A stretch of DNA of 64,000 nt from Myxococcota bacterium (GTDB lineage: Bacteria; Myxococcota; JACRCW01): NCBI GenBank assembly GCA_040752415.1, contig JBFMGU010000022.1:163-64162 (forward strand). The letters are read 5' to 3'. Below are positions 9,880 to 18,433 of this stretch, in pieces. Both the position numbers and the translations under genes were made by a program. The notes below the pieces were generated by a model, which did no database searches, had not been told where the DNA came from, and saw only the letters and a program-made list of their open reading frames with translations. Within the stretch, counting starts at the first letter, position 1. The number at the start of each line of letters is the position of its first letter.

Positions 9880-11167
9880 ACGGGTAGCTCACCACCACCA
9901 CGCCACCGCCGTGGGGCCTGGGAAAGACCCAGCTGCGAACCCGTTGGGTCATACAGGATTCCACCGTGGCGTTGCGCAGCGTGCTCTCCGCCACCGTCGC
10001 GGAAATCACCGTGCCCGCGCTCCCGACGACGAACTTCACCAGCACCTTCCCGGCCAATCCCGGTGAGCCCGCGAGCTCGCGCTCATAGCAGTACTTGATC
10101 TGCGCAAGGTGGTCCCGGATGACCTGGCGGATGAGGCCCTTGTCCAGCGCGCCCTCGACAATGGGCTCGGGCGTGGTGACCTCCAGCGCGGTTTCCCGGT
10201 GCGGGGTGAGGCCGCCGGTGGCCGCACCGTAGCTGTTCCTGCCCGCGGCGCGACCACGCGTGTTGATGACGCCCGGAAGGCCCACCGTCTCCGTGCCGCT
10301 CGTTCCCTCGTGACGGAAGCCGCGCAGGTCCAGGCCCCCGCTGCCCACCGTCCCGTTCGCTCCCACCGGGCGCCCGTGGAGGGAACCCGCCGCCACCGCC
10401 ACGTCGTCGACGCTGCCGGCGGACAGCACCGCCCAGGTGCCTGCGCCAAAGAGCTGGTTGAGCTTGTGGTGCACCACCTGTTCGTCGCGGGCGCGCCGCT
10501 CCGCGTGGCTCGTGGGTGATGCGCTCCGCGTCGTGGCGGCCCGCTCCGCCGTCCTCCGTGACCCGTGGGGCCGGGGGTGCTGCGCGGTCAGACGCCGCAC
10601 CTGCTCCGGGGCCGGCCGCTTCTCCGGATTCACGATGAATTGCGTGTAGCGCGCATCCACCTGCCGCACGTCCTCGAGGGAGCGCGCGTCGCGCGGGTGG
10701 AGCAACAGCGCGGCCAGGAAGGCCACGTGGACGAACACGGTGACGAGCAGCGTGTTGAGCCACGGATAGTCGATGCTCTCCAGCGGTTGCGGCGGAATCC
10801 GGCGCCGTTGCGGCACGAACCGGAAGGCCACCTGCAGCTCACCGAAGCGCAGCTCGCCGTGGTCGCGGTGGTGGAGCGTCACCGGAGCATGGTGCGGCGA
10901 CAGCGCGACGACACGTTGGTCGCCGCGGCGCAGCATGCCCACCTCCGCGCCACCGACGTGCAGCGTGTAGCTCCCGTCCCGGAACGTGAAGAGCGGGCGC
11001 GGAGTGTCGTCGTCATCCGGGGTGATGAGCAGGATGTCGCCGCCGGGGCCGATGGTGACGTCGCGGTGCTGGTGGTGCTGGATCTCGACGACCGACAGCC
11101 CCCACCGCAGCGACACCTCGAGGACAAAGGGATGGTCGTGCGGTGGGCTCTCGTCGTGGAGCGACAT
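9857..11167 (-). CDS. FHA-like N-terminal domain / TM / AgmX-PglI C-terminal (TonB_C-like) domain protein
   Basis: C-terminus GLIRQVIRDHLAQIKYCYERELAGSPGLAGKVLVKFVVGSAGTVISATV...VVVVSYPFILRQ matches the myxobacterial AgmX/PglI tail. Start moved to ATG 11167 (MSLHDE...), because 11313 onward is occupied by a GC3-rich plus-strand gene. Confidence 0.75.
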   Translation of the reverse strand: MSLHDESPPHDHPFVLEVSLRWGLSVVEIQHHQHRDVTIGPGGDILLITPDDDDTPRPLFTFRDGSYTLHVGGAEVGMLRRGDQRVVALSPHHAPVTLHHRDHGELRFGELQVAFRFVPQRRRIPPQPLESIDYPWLNTLLVTVFVHVAFLAALLLHPRDARSLEDVRQVDARYTQFIVNPEKRPAPEQVRRLTAQHPRPHGSRRTAERAATTRSASPTSHAERRARDEQVVHHKLNQLFGAGTWAVLSAGSVDDVAVAAGSLHGRPVGANGTVGSGGLDLRGFRHEGTSGTETVGLPGVINTRGRAAGRNSYGAATGGLTPHRETALEVTTPEPIVEGALDKGLIRQVIRDHLAQIKYCYERELAGSPGLAGKVLVKFVVGSAGTVISATVAESTLRNATVESCMTQRVRSWVFPRPHGGGVVVVSYPFILRQGG

Positions 11168-11312
11168 GGCGTTTCCGCAGGCAACCGGTGCCTGATCATC
11201 ACGCGGTGTGACAACCGCGGGAGGCCTGGGGTTCCGCGGGCCGCCGGGTGTCGGTGGCGGCGCGGCTGGGCCCGGAGATAGGATCAAACGCGGCATCAGG
11301 GGAGAGCGCGCG

Positions 11313-11876
11313 GTGAGCACCATCCAGAAGCTGTCCGCAGGTGTCCGGCCCACGTCGGTGACGACGGTGGCGCCCCCGTCCGGTCCCGTGGCGAAAGCGG
11401 GCCCCACCGCGGCGGCGACGGAAAAGCCGGGGGCGACCTTCGAGCGCACGTCGGGTGAGGCGGCGCTGCCCGCGCCCCGGTCGAACACCAGGGGCATGGG
11501 GAACGCGGTGCGCGCCTACTTCTCCAGCCGCACCAACGTTGCCACGGCGAGCTTGAGCGCGGCCGGCGTGGGCATCACCGGAGCCAAGCTGGCGCTGCGC
11601 AGCGTGCCGGTGGTGGGCAACCTGGTGAATGCGGCCAGCGCGCTCATCAGCGTGGCCAAGGCGTGTGTGCGCACCGCGGCGCTGCTCAACCACGAGCGCA
11701 ACGTGGACAAGGCCGACGTCATGGTGGACTGGGCGCGCGTGGCCACCGACGTGGGCGGCATCTTCTTCCCGCCCATTGGTGCCGCGGGCTCGGTGGGGGC
11801 CGCCGCGTACACCGTCTACGACGTCATCTCCGACCACCAGGCGAGCAAGTCGGAAGGCACCACCACGCCGGCATGA
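11313..11876 (+). CDS. Hypothetical protein: Pro/Ala-rich N-terminus, two Gly/Ala-rich hydrophobic segments
   Basis: GTG 11313 follows AGGGGAG. Third-position G/C is near-uniform across the frame. Hydrophobic segments are AAGVGITGAKLALRSVPVVGNLVNAASALISVA and VGGIFFPPIGAAGSVGAAAYTVY. I recognise no family. Confidence 0.6.
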   Translation: MSTIQKLSAGVRPTSVTTVAPPSGPVAKAGPTAAATEKPGATFERTSGEAALPAPRSNTRGMGNAVRAYFSSRTNVATASLSAAGVGITGAKLALRSVPVVGNLVNAASALISVAKACVRTAALLNHERNVDKADVMVDWARVATDVGGIFFPPIGAAGSVGAAAYTVYDVISDHQASKSEGTTTPA

Positions 11877-12286
11877 CCACGGAAGAAGGCCCCGCCAAGC
11901 TCCAGGAGCTGCTGGCCGACCTGAGCGCGTTGGGCCTGCGCGGACCGGATCCGGCGCTGGCGCGCGCCCTCTCCGACGAGCGGGTTCCGGAGCGGGAACG
12001 CGTGGCGCTCCTGGTGGCGTTCTACGAGAGCCTGACGCAGAACGCGGTGGGCCTGCTGGAAGGCGAGCAGCGCAAGATGGACACGGTGCTCTCCCTGCTG
12101 GCGCGCGAGTCGACCCGACGGGAGCCGATGGAACGCATGCGCGCGGCCTACGGTGAGCAGCTCCGGGGACTGCAGGCCTTCCGGGTGTTCCTGAAGACGG
12201 GGGATCGCCACGCGCTGGACGAGGCCAGGGAGCGGATCACGGCGGGCGCCCGCGCCGCGCAGGCCGCGGCCAAGGGAAGCGGGTGA
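11873..12286 (+). CDS. Hypothetical all-helical acidic protein, translationally coupled to the preceding gene
   Basis: ATGA overlap (start 11873, upstream stop 11874..11876). High GC3. 137 aa beginning MTTEEGPAKLQELLADLSALGL... I recognise no family. Confidence 0.6.
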   Translation: MTTEEGPAKLQELLADLSALGLRGPDPALARALSDERVPERERVALLVAFYESLTQNAVGLLEGEQRKMDTVLSLLARESTRREPMERMRAAYGEQLRGLQAFRVFLKTGDRHALDEARERITAGARAAQAAAKGSG

Positions 12287-12360
12287 GGGCCGCGCCCGAC
12301 GAAGGAACATCTCGGAGGTCAGCGAGTGTGGTCCTGCCCTGGTTGTTGTGACGGGTGAGG

Positions 12361-12731
12361 CTGCACCTGGAATTGCGGCGGTGCCATGCGCGTCACGAAG
12401 CGGGTGAGCGGGAGCAGCGGCGCCCTGGAGTGCGGTGCGAAACGGATCCAACGGTCGACGACGTGAAGCACCGCCCTGGATCGGGTCCAGCGTCCAACCA
12501 GGTCATGCCACGGGGAGCGCCGGGAACGCGAGGCACCAGTAGACTGTGGAACGTCCGCGCCGTCGGGACGGCCCGATCCAGGGCGGTGCTTCACGTCGTC
12601 GACCGTTGGATCCGTTTCGCACCGCACTCCAGGGCGCCGCTGCTCCCGCTCACCCGCTTCGTGACGCGCTTGGCGGAAGCTGTTCCGCTCACCCGTATGG
12701 CGTTTCGGCGCCGCTGCATTTCCAGGCGCAG
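12361..12731. repeat. Long spaced inverted repeat IR1: 98-bp perfect arms with an 86-nt spacer
   Basis: 12388..12485 is the exact reverse complement of 12572..12669, checked base by base. Outer imperfect pairing joins 12361..12387 with 12697..12731 across a 27-nt bulge. Lies between convergent gene ends (12286 and 12788). Confidence 0.95.
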
Positions 12732-12787
12732 AAGCCCGACCACGCTCAGCTCCGTTGGAGCTCCTTCAGGGATTCCCCGACACCCCA

Positions 12788-14839
12788 TCAGAAGGTCACG
12801 TGCTGGATGGCGGCCACCGACGGAGACTGACCCAGCACGCCACCGCCCACGGGGTTGTCATTCCAGTTGTTGCCGGCGGTGAAGTTGCCCCCGGCCCAGA
12901 TGGTGCCGCCGAGCGCGCCATTGTTGGACATGCCGGTCAGCGTGATGTTGGCGCGGGACTGCAGGTTGGCGCAGAGGCAGTGGTTGTTGCCGTTGATCGT
13001 GATGTCGCCAACGGCGCGGAATGTGGCCATGCCGGCGTTGAGGCAGCCGGGCGTGGGCTCGCACTGCGGCGGCGTGCTGGGACAGGCCACCGGATTGCTG
13101 ACCGGCCCGCCGCAGAACGCGGAGTTGCTGCCACCGTTGTGGGTGATGGTGGTGTGCGCCTGCAGGTTGCCGCGGATGCGGCTGGCGTTGATGGTGATGG
13201 CGCCGTTGCTGCGGATGCCGGACTCGAAACCCACGGGGCTGGAGTTGATGACCACGTCGCCCGCGGCGAGCACCGCGTGACCGCCGTGCGGGTGCTTGAG
13301 CTTGAGACCGGTGGCCGCGGTGACGTCCACCGTGCCCGCCACGACGACGGCGCCTTCCTTCACCGCCGTGCCGGTGGACGCGAGCACCAGGTTGCCCGGC
13401 GAGTAGAAGATGGCGCGCGGCATGACGTCGGTGAGGCGCAGGACGCCGGGGGCGAATCCGTAGAGCACGTTGCTGTTGCCGGCCACGCAGCCCGGGCATC
13501 CGCAGGTGTTGGCGTAGGTGCGCGTTCCGGGTGGCGCGGTGGTGAATCCGCCCGGGCGCGTGGTGATGTCGCCCAGCACCGGACGGATGTCTCCGCTGGG
13601 CGTGGCGCTCCCGGGTGTCCAGCGACCCGCGACGTCTTTGTCGCCAGGTTGCGCGTCATTGTAGACGGGCACCCAGCAGTCACCGGGGAAGTTGGGGCCG
13701 CCCACGTGCAGCAGGTCCGGCGCGGGGAGCGTGGTGCCGTCGGGGAAGTTGGCGGAGGAGCACGCGCCGCCGGGGCCGTCCGCTTCCGGGTCCCAGATGA
13801 ACACCGTGTAGCTGCCGCCCAGCCCCGCCCCGTCGGCGAGCAGGAAGTGGCAGGTGTTGCCGGAGGTGTCGAAGTTGTCCATCCACTCCGCGTCGTCGAC
13901 GGTGACCTGCGGGACGTCGGGGGGCAGCGGCGGGGGGCATTGTCCGCCCGGATCCAGGCGCTGTGGTGCACACACCGTGCACGGGCTGGGCGTGGCACAC
14001 GTGGCGGGACTGCCGGGGCTGAAGGGCGGCGCGGCGCCCGAGTAGGCGAGCGTGCCGCACCAGCAGCTGGGTGAGACGCCGAAGCCGCCACACACCAGCG
14101 CGCCGTTGCCGCACAGCTCCTGGTTGCCGCCGCCGCCCGGGTTGTAGCTCCCCCCGACGATGAGCGCGCGGCCGGTGCTGGAGGTGAACAGCGTGCGCAG
14201 CAGGTGGTGGGCCACCGCGGTGGCGTAGGTGGTGCCGCCGGCCAGCCCGATCACGGTGACATAGATGCCGAAGTCGCGGTCGCGCAGCGGCTGGTCGACG
14301 CCGTTGTTGGGTGCGTCGGGGCCTTCCGGGGCGCCGCTGTTGTTGGTGGCGTACTGCAGGCCAGCCACGGTGTCGTCGCGGTTGTCGTCGTAGCGCACCA
14401 GGTACGCGCCATCCTGCGCGCCGTCACCGTCGAGGTCGACCGCCACCCGCCGGAAAGCCTGGCCGTTGACGGTGTCGGTGCCGGAGCCCCAGCCGCCCCA
14501 GGTGGTCCCGCTGCCCTGCACGGAAGCGGGCGGGAGGTAGAGCGCCTCACCCGTGGTGGCATCCGAGTCGGAGTCCGGGTCCAGCATCAGGTCGAAGTCC
14601 ATGCCCAGCGGCTCGGGCAGCGACGCGATCACCTGCGCCTCCGCCAACGCGCGCGCCAATCCCCGCTCCGCGATCTCCTGGGCCATGAGCTGGTGCTGCG
14701 TCTCCACCTGCGCCAGCCGCGCGGAGGCGGCCAGGTTGCCGAGCGTCAACACCACCGAGGAGAGCGCCATCACGAACACCGCGGCGATGACCAGCACCAT
14801 GCCGCGGGACCTGCCTGACACGTGCGACCAGCGTTCCAT
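12788..14839 (-). CDS. Large PilX_N-type minor-pilin-like protein (683 aa) with Cys-rich centre and beta-helix-like C-terminus
   Basis: N-terminus GMVLVIAAVFVMALSSVVLTLGNLA...AQEIAERGLARALAEA resembles the PilX N-terminal domain. C-terminal repeats include GAITINASRIRGNLQAHTTITHNGG, GDITINGNNH and ANITLTGMSNNG. Last gene of the pilin operon. Confidence 0.65.
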   Translation of the reverse strand: MERWSHVSGRSRGMVLVIAAVFVMALSSVVLTLGNLAASARLAQVETQHQLMAQEIAERGLARALAEAQVIASLPEPLGMDFDLMLDPDSDSDATTGEALYLPPASVQGSGTTWGGWGSGTDTVNGQAFRRVAVDLDGDGAQDGAYLVRYDDNRDDTVAGLQYATNNSGAPEGPDAPNNGVDQPLRDRDFGIYVTVIGLAGGTTYATAVAHHLLRTLFTSSTGRALIVGGSYNPGGGGNQELCGNGALVCGGFGVSPSCWCGTLAYSGAAPPFSPGSPATCATPSPCTVCAPQRLDPGGQCPPPLPPDVPQVTVDDAEWMDNFDTSGNTCHFLLADGAGLGGSYTVFIWDPEADGPGGACSSANFPDGTTLPAPDLLHVGGPNFPGDCWVPVYNDAQPGDKDVAGRWTPGSATPSGDIRPVLGDITTRPGGFTTAPPGTRTYANTCGCPGCVAGNSNVLYGFAPGVLRLTDVMPRAIFYSPGNLVLASTGTAVKEGAVVVAGTVDVTAATGLKLKHPHGGHAVLAAGDVVINSSPVGFESGIRSNGAITINASRIRGNLQAHTTITHNGGSNSAFCGGPVSNPVACPSTPPQCEPTPGCLNAGMATFRAVGDITINGNNHCLCANLQSRANITLTGMSNNGALGGTIWAGGNFTAGNNWNDNPVGGGVLGQSPSVAAIQHVTF

Positions 14840-14854
14840 GCGGTGCTCCTTGCT

Positions 14855-15907
14855 TCACGGTGAGCGCAGCAACATGCGCTCGGTCATGCGGATGGTGAGG
14901 GGGCGGGTGTTGGGTTGGCCGTTGGTGCCGCTGCCCACGCGCACGCGGGTGGCCAGCTGCAGGTTCACCTCCACGGAGCGGACCAGGCCGGGGTCGGTGG
15001 TGGTGGTGACGCCGTCGTCCTGGAAGAAGGTCAACGTGGTGGCGGCGCCGTCGACGTTGCGCGCCACGGTCATCCACCCGGTGTCGTCGGAGCCGGCGGT
15101 GCAGCCGAGGAAATCCGAGGCAAACGTGGGCTGCTCCGGCTCCGGCGCGGCCCAGCACTGGCGACGCTGCAGCTCGGTACCCACGACGCGGTAGCCGATG
15201 CGGTCCACCTGCAACAGGCGGCCGCTCGGGATGGGGTCGCGCAGCGCGTCGGCGCTGGCCATGGCGGTGTCCAGCGTCATGGTGTTGGGCGCGCCCGCGG
15301 TGAGGAGCTTGAGGGTGGCGTTCAGGTACTTCCCCGACGGAAACACCAGGCTCACCGCCTGGCCCTCGAGGTACTTGCGCAGGCTCCAGGGGCAGCCCTT
15401 GCCGGGACAGGTGGCGCCGGGATCGAGCGCACCGGCGCGGGAGCCGCCGCAGGCCGCGGTGTCGGCGTTGCAGCGCCCGGAGAGCTCGTTGAGCGGGACC
15501 ACCACGGCGGGGTCGGGCGCGTCGTCGCTGACGCCGGAGATGCCGTCGAAGTTGGTGTCGGGGCGCGGGACGTCGGCGAGGATGAGGAAACCCACGCTCA
15601 GGGAGCTGGGGAGTGGCGTGGTGCGCGGGGACACCAACGACATCAGAGCCGGCTTCAGCTCCGAGCCCGCCACGCCGCCGCGCGTTCCGCCCCACGACGC
15701 CCCGGAGCCCGCCGCGTAGAGATCCCGACGCAGCCAGTCCAGGGCCACCTGCGCGTCGCGTTGCAGCTGGGCGCGTGCGGTGGAGGTGCGTCGGAAGTTG
15801 TCCAGCTGCACCAGCGCGGCGCTGGCGGCGGTGTGCACCACCAGGGCCACCGTCATGGCCACCACCAGCTCGATGAGCGTGAAGCCACGCGCGCGGGCCC
15901 GCGTCAT
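14855..15907 (-). CDS. PilW-like minor pilin (prepilin-type N-terminal cleavage/methylation domain)
   Basis: MTRARARG/FTLIELVVAMTVALVV, then ...AQLQRDAQVALDWLRRDLYAAGSG. Start ATG 15907 overlaps the upstream stop by 4 nt (tcat at 15904..15907). Confidence 0.75.
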   Translation of the reverse strand: MTRARARGFTLIELVVAMTVALVVHTAASAALVQLDNFRRTSTARAQLQRDAQVALDWLRRDLYAAGSGASWGGTRGGVAGSELKPALMSLVSPRTTPLPSSLSVGFLILADVPRPDTNFDGISGVSDDAPDPAVVVPLNELSGRCNADTAACGGSRAGALDPGATCPGKGCPWSLRKYLEGQAVSLVFPSGKYLNATLKLLTAGAPNTMTLDTAMASADALRDPIPSGRLLQVDRIGYRVVGTELQRRQCWAAPEPEQPTFASDFLGCTAGSDDTGWMTVARNVDGAATTLTFFQDDGVTTTTDPGLVRSVEVNLQLATRVRVGSGTNGQPNTRPLTIRMTERMLLRSP

Positions 15908-16290
15908 GGCGCAACCCAGGTGGTGGCGGTGAGGGTGCGCGTCCGTCCCGGCGTGGCGCTGTGGTAGGTCACGGAGACCGTGATGACCTTGCAGCCCACG
16001 CACTCCGTTCCCGACGGGTCGGAAACCGTGATGACGCGCTCGGTGACGCCGGCGGGGTGGTCGAGGACGGGACTGCTGGGCAGCGTGGCGAGCCGGCGCC
16101 CGCGCATGCTGGCGATGCCGTCGCGCAACACGCTCTGCGCCAGGGTGCGACGTCCCGCCTCGGAGATCTGGCGGTCCATGAAGCCCAGCTGCTGGTGCAC
16201 GCTGATGATCACCGTGGAGAGGATGGCGCCGCCCACCACCGCTTCGATGAGCATGTAGCCGCGGCGGGCGCGAGGACGCTTCAGGGACAT
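15904..16290 (-). CDS. PilV-like minor pilin
   Basis: MSLKRPRARRG/YMLIEAVVGGAILSTVII prepilin leader and hydrophobic helix. 128 aa. Position between the FimT-like and PilW-like genes. Confidence 0.65.
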   Translation of the reverse strand: MSLKRPRARRGYMLIEAVVGGAILSTVIISVHQQLGFMDRQISEAGRRTLAQSVLRDGIASMRGRRLATLPSSPVLDHPAGVTERVITVSDPSGTECVGCKVITVSVTYHSATPGRTRTLTATTWVAP

Positions 16291-16892
16291 GTGACCGCTC
16301 CCTGCGTGACGCAGATGAGGCCCACCGGCGTGACCACGACGTTGAGGGACCGGGTGGACGCGTTCAGGTTGGGAGAGTTGGACCGCAACGTCATGGTCCA
16401 CGTGTCGTCGGCAACGTTGCTCTCGGCGTGGTTGTCGCCGCGCAGCCAGCCCGTGGGCCGCCACACCAGGACGTCGTCGGTGCCGGTGGGTGCCTCCAGG
16501 GTCAGGTTGTCCTTGCGCTCCAGCACGTAGCGCAGCGCGGGAACGGCCACCTCATTCACGCCGGCCAGGTCGGGTCCGGAGCTGGTGGCGGTGGTGGTGG
16601 CGCCTTCACAGTCCAGGCTGTCCAGCCGCGCCACGTCGAGACGCTGGCCATCCGGGTTGCGCGAGACCATGACGCAGCGGCCGGTGGTGAGCGCCAGGTT
16701 GCGCGCGGCGTGGATGGCGGCGGCGGCGCCCGCGGCGGCGGTGCGGAGCCTGGTCTGGTCCGCCAGTCCCGCCATGCCGGGCGCGAACAGCGCGGCAATC
16801 ACCGAGGCCAGCGCCACCACCAGCACCACCTCGACGAGCGTGAAGCCTGCCCACGCCCTGCGGCGGCGCGGATTCCGAGCATGCATTTTCAT
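16281..16892 (-). CDS. GspH/FimT(FimU)-family minor pilin
   Basis: MKMHARNPRRRRAWAG/FTLVEVVLVVALASVIAALFAP, followed by ...LRTAAAGAAAAIHAARNLALTTGRCV (GspH/FimT-like). Start at M28 of the track ORF; ATG 16886 is an alternative. Confidence 0.7.
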   Translation of the reverse strand: MKMHARNPRRRRAWAGFTLVEVVLVVALASVIAALFAPGMAGLADQTRLRTAAAGAAAAIHAARNLALTTGRCVMVSRNPDGQRLDVARLDSLDCEGATTTATSSGPDLAGVNEVAVPALRYVLERKDNLTLEAPTGTDDVLVWRPTGWLRGDNHAESNVADDTWTMTLRSNSPNLNASTRSLNVVVTPVGLICVTQGAVTCP

Positions 16893-17176
16893 TTGCGGCC
16901 ACAACATGGGCAGCACGCGGCTCTCATCCCCGCCCCGCCGTCGCGCGCGCCCGACGAGCGGAGCGTCCCACACACGCGTGCGCGGATTCCCGGAAACGCG
17001 GGACCACGGCGGACGGGAGCGCCGCCACGTCGCGACGAATCCTCGCGAAGCGGAACGCGCGTGGCCACGCCGACGGTGCTCCCGGCCCCTGACGTCGGAG
17101 CCGTGGCGCCGGCGCCGAACCTCGGGCGCGCCGCGGAGGCGCGGGTAGGTGAAGTTGACGACGTCAGGGGCCGTGG

Positions 17177-17205
17177 TTGACAGCGGGAGGGGGCGTCCAT
17201 ATGAC
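17177..17205 (+). promoter_or_regulatory. Candidate sigma-70-type promoter for the mrp-like gene
   Basis: TTGACA (17177..17182), a 17-nt spacer, then TATGAC (17200..17205), 43 nt upstream of ATG 17248. AAGGAG RBS at 17233..17238. Pattern match only. Confidence 0.35.
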
Positions 17206-17247
17206 CCCAGCCCGTTTCACGTTGCGCAGCCCAAGGAGTGTCCGCGG

Positions 17248-18423
17248 ATGTTCGGTTTCGGCAAAGACAAGAAGAACGAGAGCAGGGGCGCGGCCGCCGT
17301 CAGCGCGGAGGCGTTGCCCGAGGCGCTGCGCAATGCGCTGGGCAAGATCATGGATCCCGCCCTCGGTCGTGACCTGCAGTCACTGGGCGCCATCCGGGAC
17401 CTGAACGCCACGCCGGAGAAGGTGGCGGTCACCGTGGAGCTGCACGCCCACAGCCATCCCGCGCGCGACCAGATCGAGCAGGAGGTGAAGAAGGCCGTCA
17501 GCGCGCTGGCTCCCGACGCCAAGGTGGAGGTCAAGATGACTGCCCACGTTCGCGCCGCGGGTGGAGCGCTGTGGAACAAGCAAGGCGTGCGCGGGGTGAA
17601 GAACATCATCCTGGTGGCCAGCGGCAAGGGGGGCGTGGGCAAGAGCACCGTGGCCAGCAACCTGGCCGTGGCCCTGTCCCGCGACGGCGCGCAGGTGGGC
17701 CTGCTGGACGCCGACGTGTACGGCCCCTCCATCCCCACGATGTTCGGGCTCACCGGCGGCGTGCGCCCCAGCAGCAACGACGGCAAGACCATGGAGCCGC
17801 TCACCCGCCACGGGTTGAAGCTCATCAGCATCGGCTTCCTCGTCGACGCCAACACGCCCATGGTGTGGCGCGGGCCCATGATAGCCAGCGCGTGCATGCA
17901 GCTCTTCAACGACGTGGCGTGGGCGCCGCTGGATTACCTGGTGGTGGACCTGCCCCCCGGCACCGGCGACATCCAGCTCACCATCAGCCAGAAGGTGGCG
18001 GTGGCGGGCGCGGTGGTGGTGAGCACGCCGCAGGACGTGGCGCTGGCCGACGTGATCCGCGCCAAGGCCATGTTCGACAAGGTGGGCATCCCGACGCTGG
18101 GTCTCGTCGAGAACATGTCGTTCTTCATCTGCGACAAGTGCGACAAGCGCCACGAGATCTTTGACACCGGCGGCGCGCGGAGGAGCGCGGAGCGCCTGGA
18201 GGTCCCGTTCCTGGGCGCGCTGCCCATTGAGATCCCGGTGCGCCAGGGTGGCGACGAGGGCACGCCGGTGGTGGTGCGCAACCCCGAGAGCGAGGCCGCC
18301 AAGGCCATGCGCAACGTGGCGGCGGAAGTGGCCATCAAGGTGGCCCAGCTGGCCGCCGACGCGCCGCGCGAGGAGCCGCCCCCTCCCGCCACCAAGAGCC
18401 CGCTGCTGAAGGTGCTGGGCTGA
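17248..18423 (+). CDS. mrp: Mrp/ApbC/NBP35-family Fe-S cluster carrier ATPase
   Basis: N-terminal DUF59-like MDPALGRDLQSLGAIRDL. Deviant Walker A VASGKGGVGKSTVASNLA. LDADVYGPSIP. CDKCDKRH CxxC. Confidence 0.9.
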   Translation: MFGFGKDKKNESRGAAAVSAEALPEALRNALGKIMDPALGRDLQSLGAIRDLNATPEKVAVTVELHAHSHPARDQIEQEVKKAVSALAPDAKVEVKMTAHVRAAGGALWNKQGVRGVKNIILVASGKGGVGKSTVASNLAVALSRDGAQVGLLDADVYGPSIPTMFGLTGGVRPSSNDGKTMEPLTRHGLKLISIGFLVDANTPMVWRGPMIASACMQLFNDVAWAPLDYLVVDLPPGTGDIQLTISQKVAVAGAVVVSTPQDVALADVIRAKAMFDKVGIPTLGLVENMSFFICDKCDKRHEIFDTGGARRSAERLEVPFLGALPIEIPVRQGGDEGTPVVVRNPESEAAKAMRNVAAEVAIKVAQLAADAPREEPPPPATKSPLLKVLG

Positions 18424-18433
18424 ACTCCCCGCT

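Noticed and set aside
11168-11497. Upstream extension of the FHA/AgmX-tail gene (track start 11497)
   Set aside because: It would overlap the plus-strand gene starting at 11313, whose third-position G/C is near-uniform. The extension is Pro/Ala/Gly-rich with no features.
12361-12731. Retron msr/msd, IS terminal inverted repeats or a DGR as an explanation for the long inverted repeats
   Set aside because: No reverse transcriptase, transposase or integrase ORF lies near any of the six elements. The arms are far longer than typical IS ends, and the spacers are too short to encode a protein.
12319-12882. ORFs 12319..12627(-) and 12355..12882(+) containing the same peptides on both strands
   Set aside because: The identical peptides are a direct consequence of the 98-bp perfect inverted repeat IR1, not of coding. 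There is no start context and no motifs.
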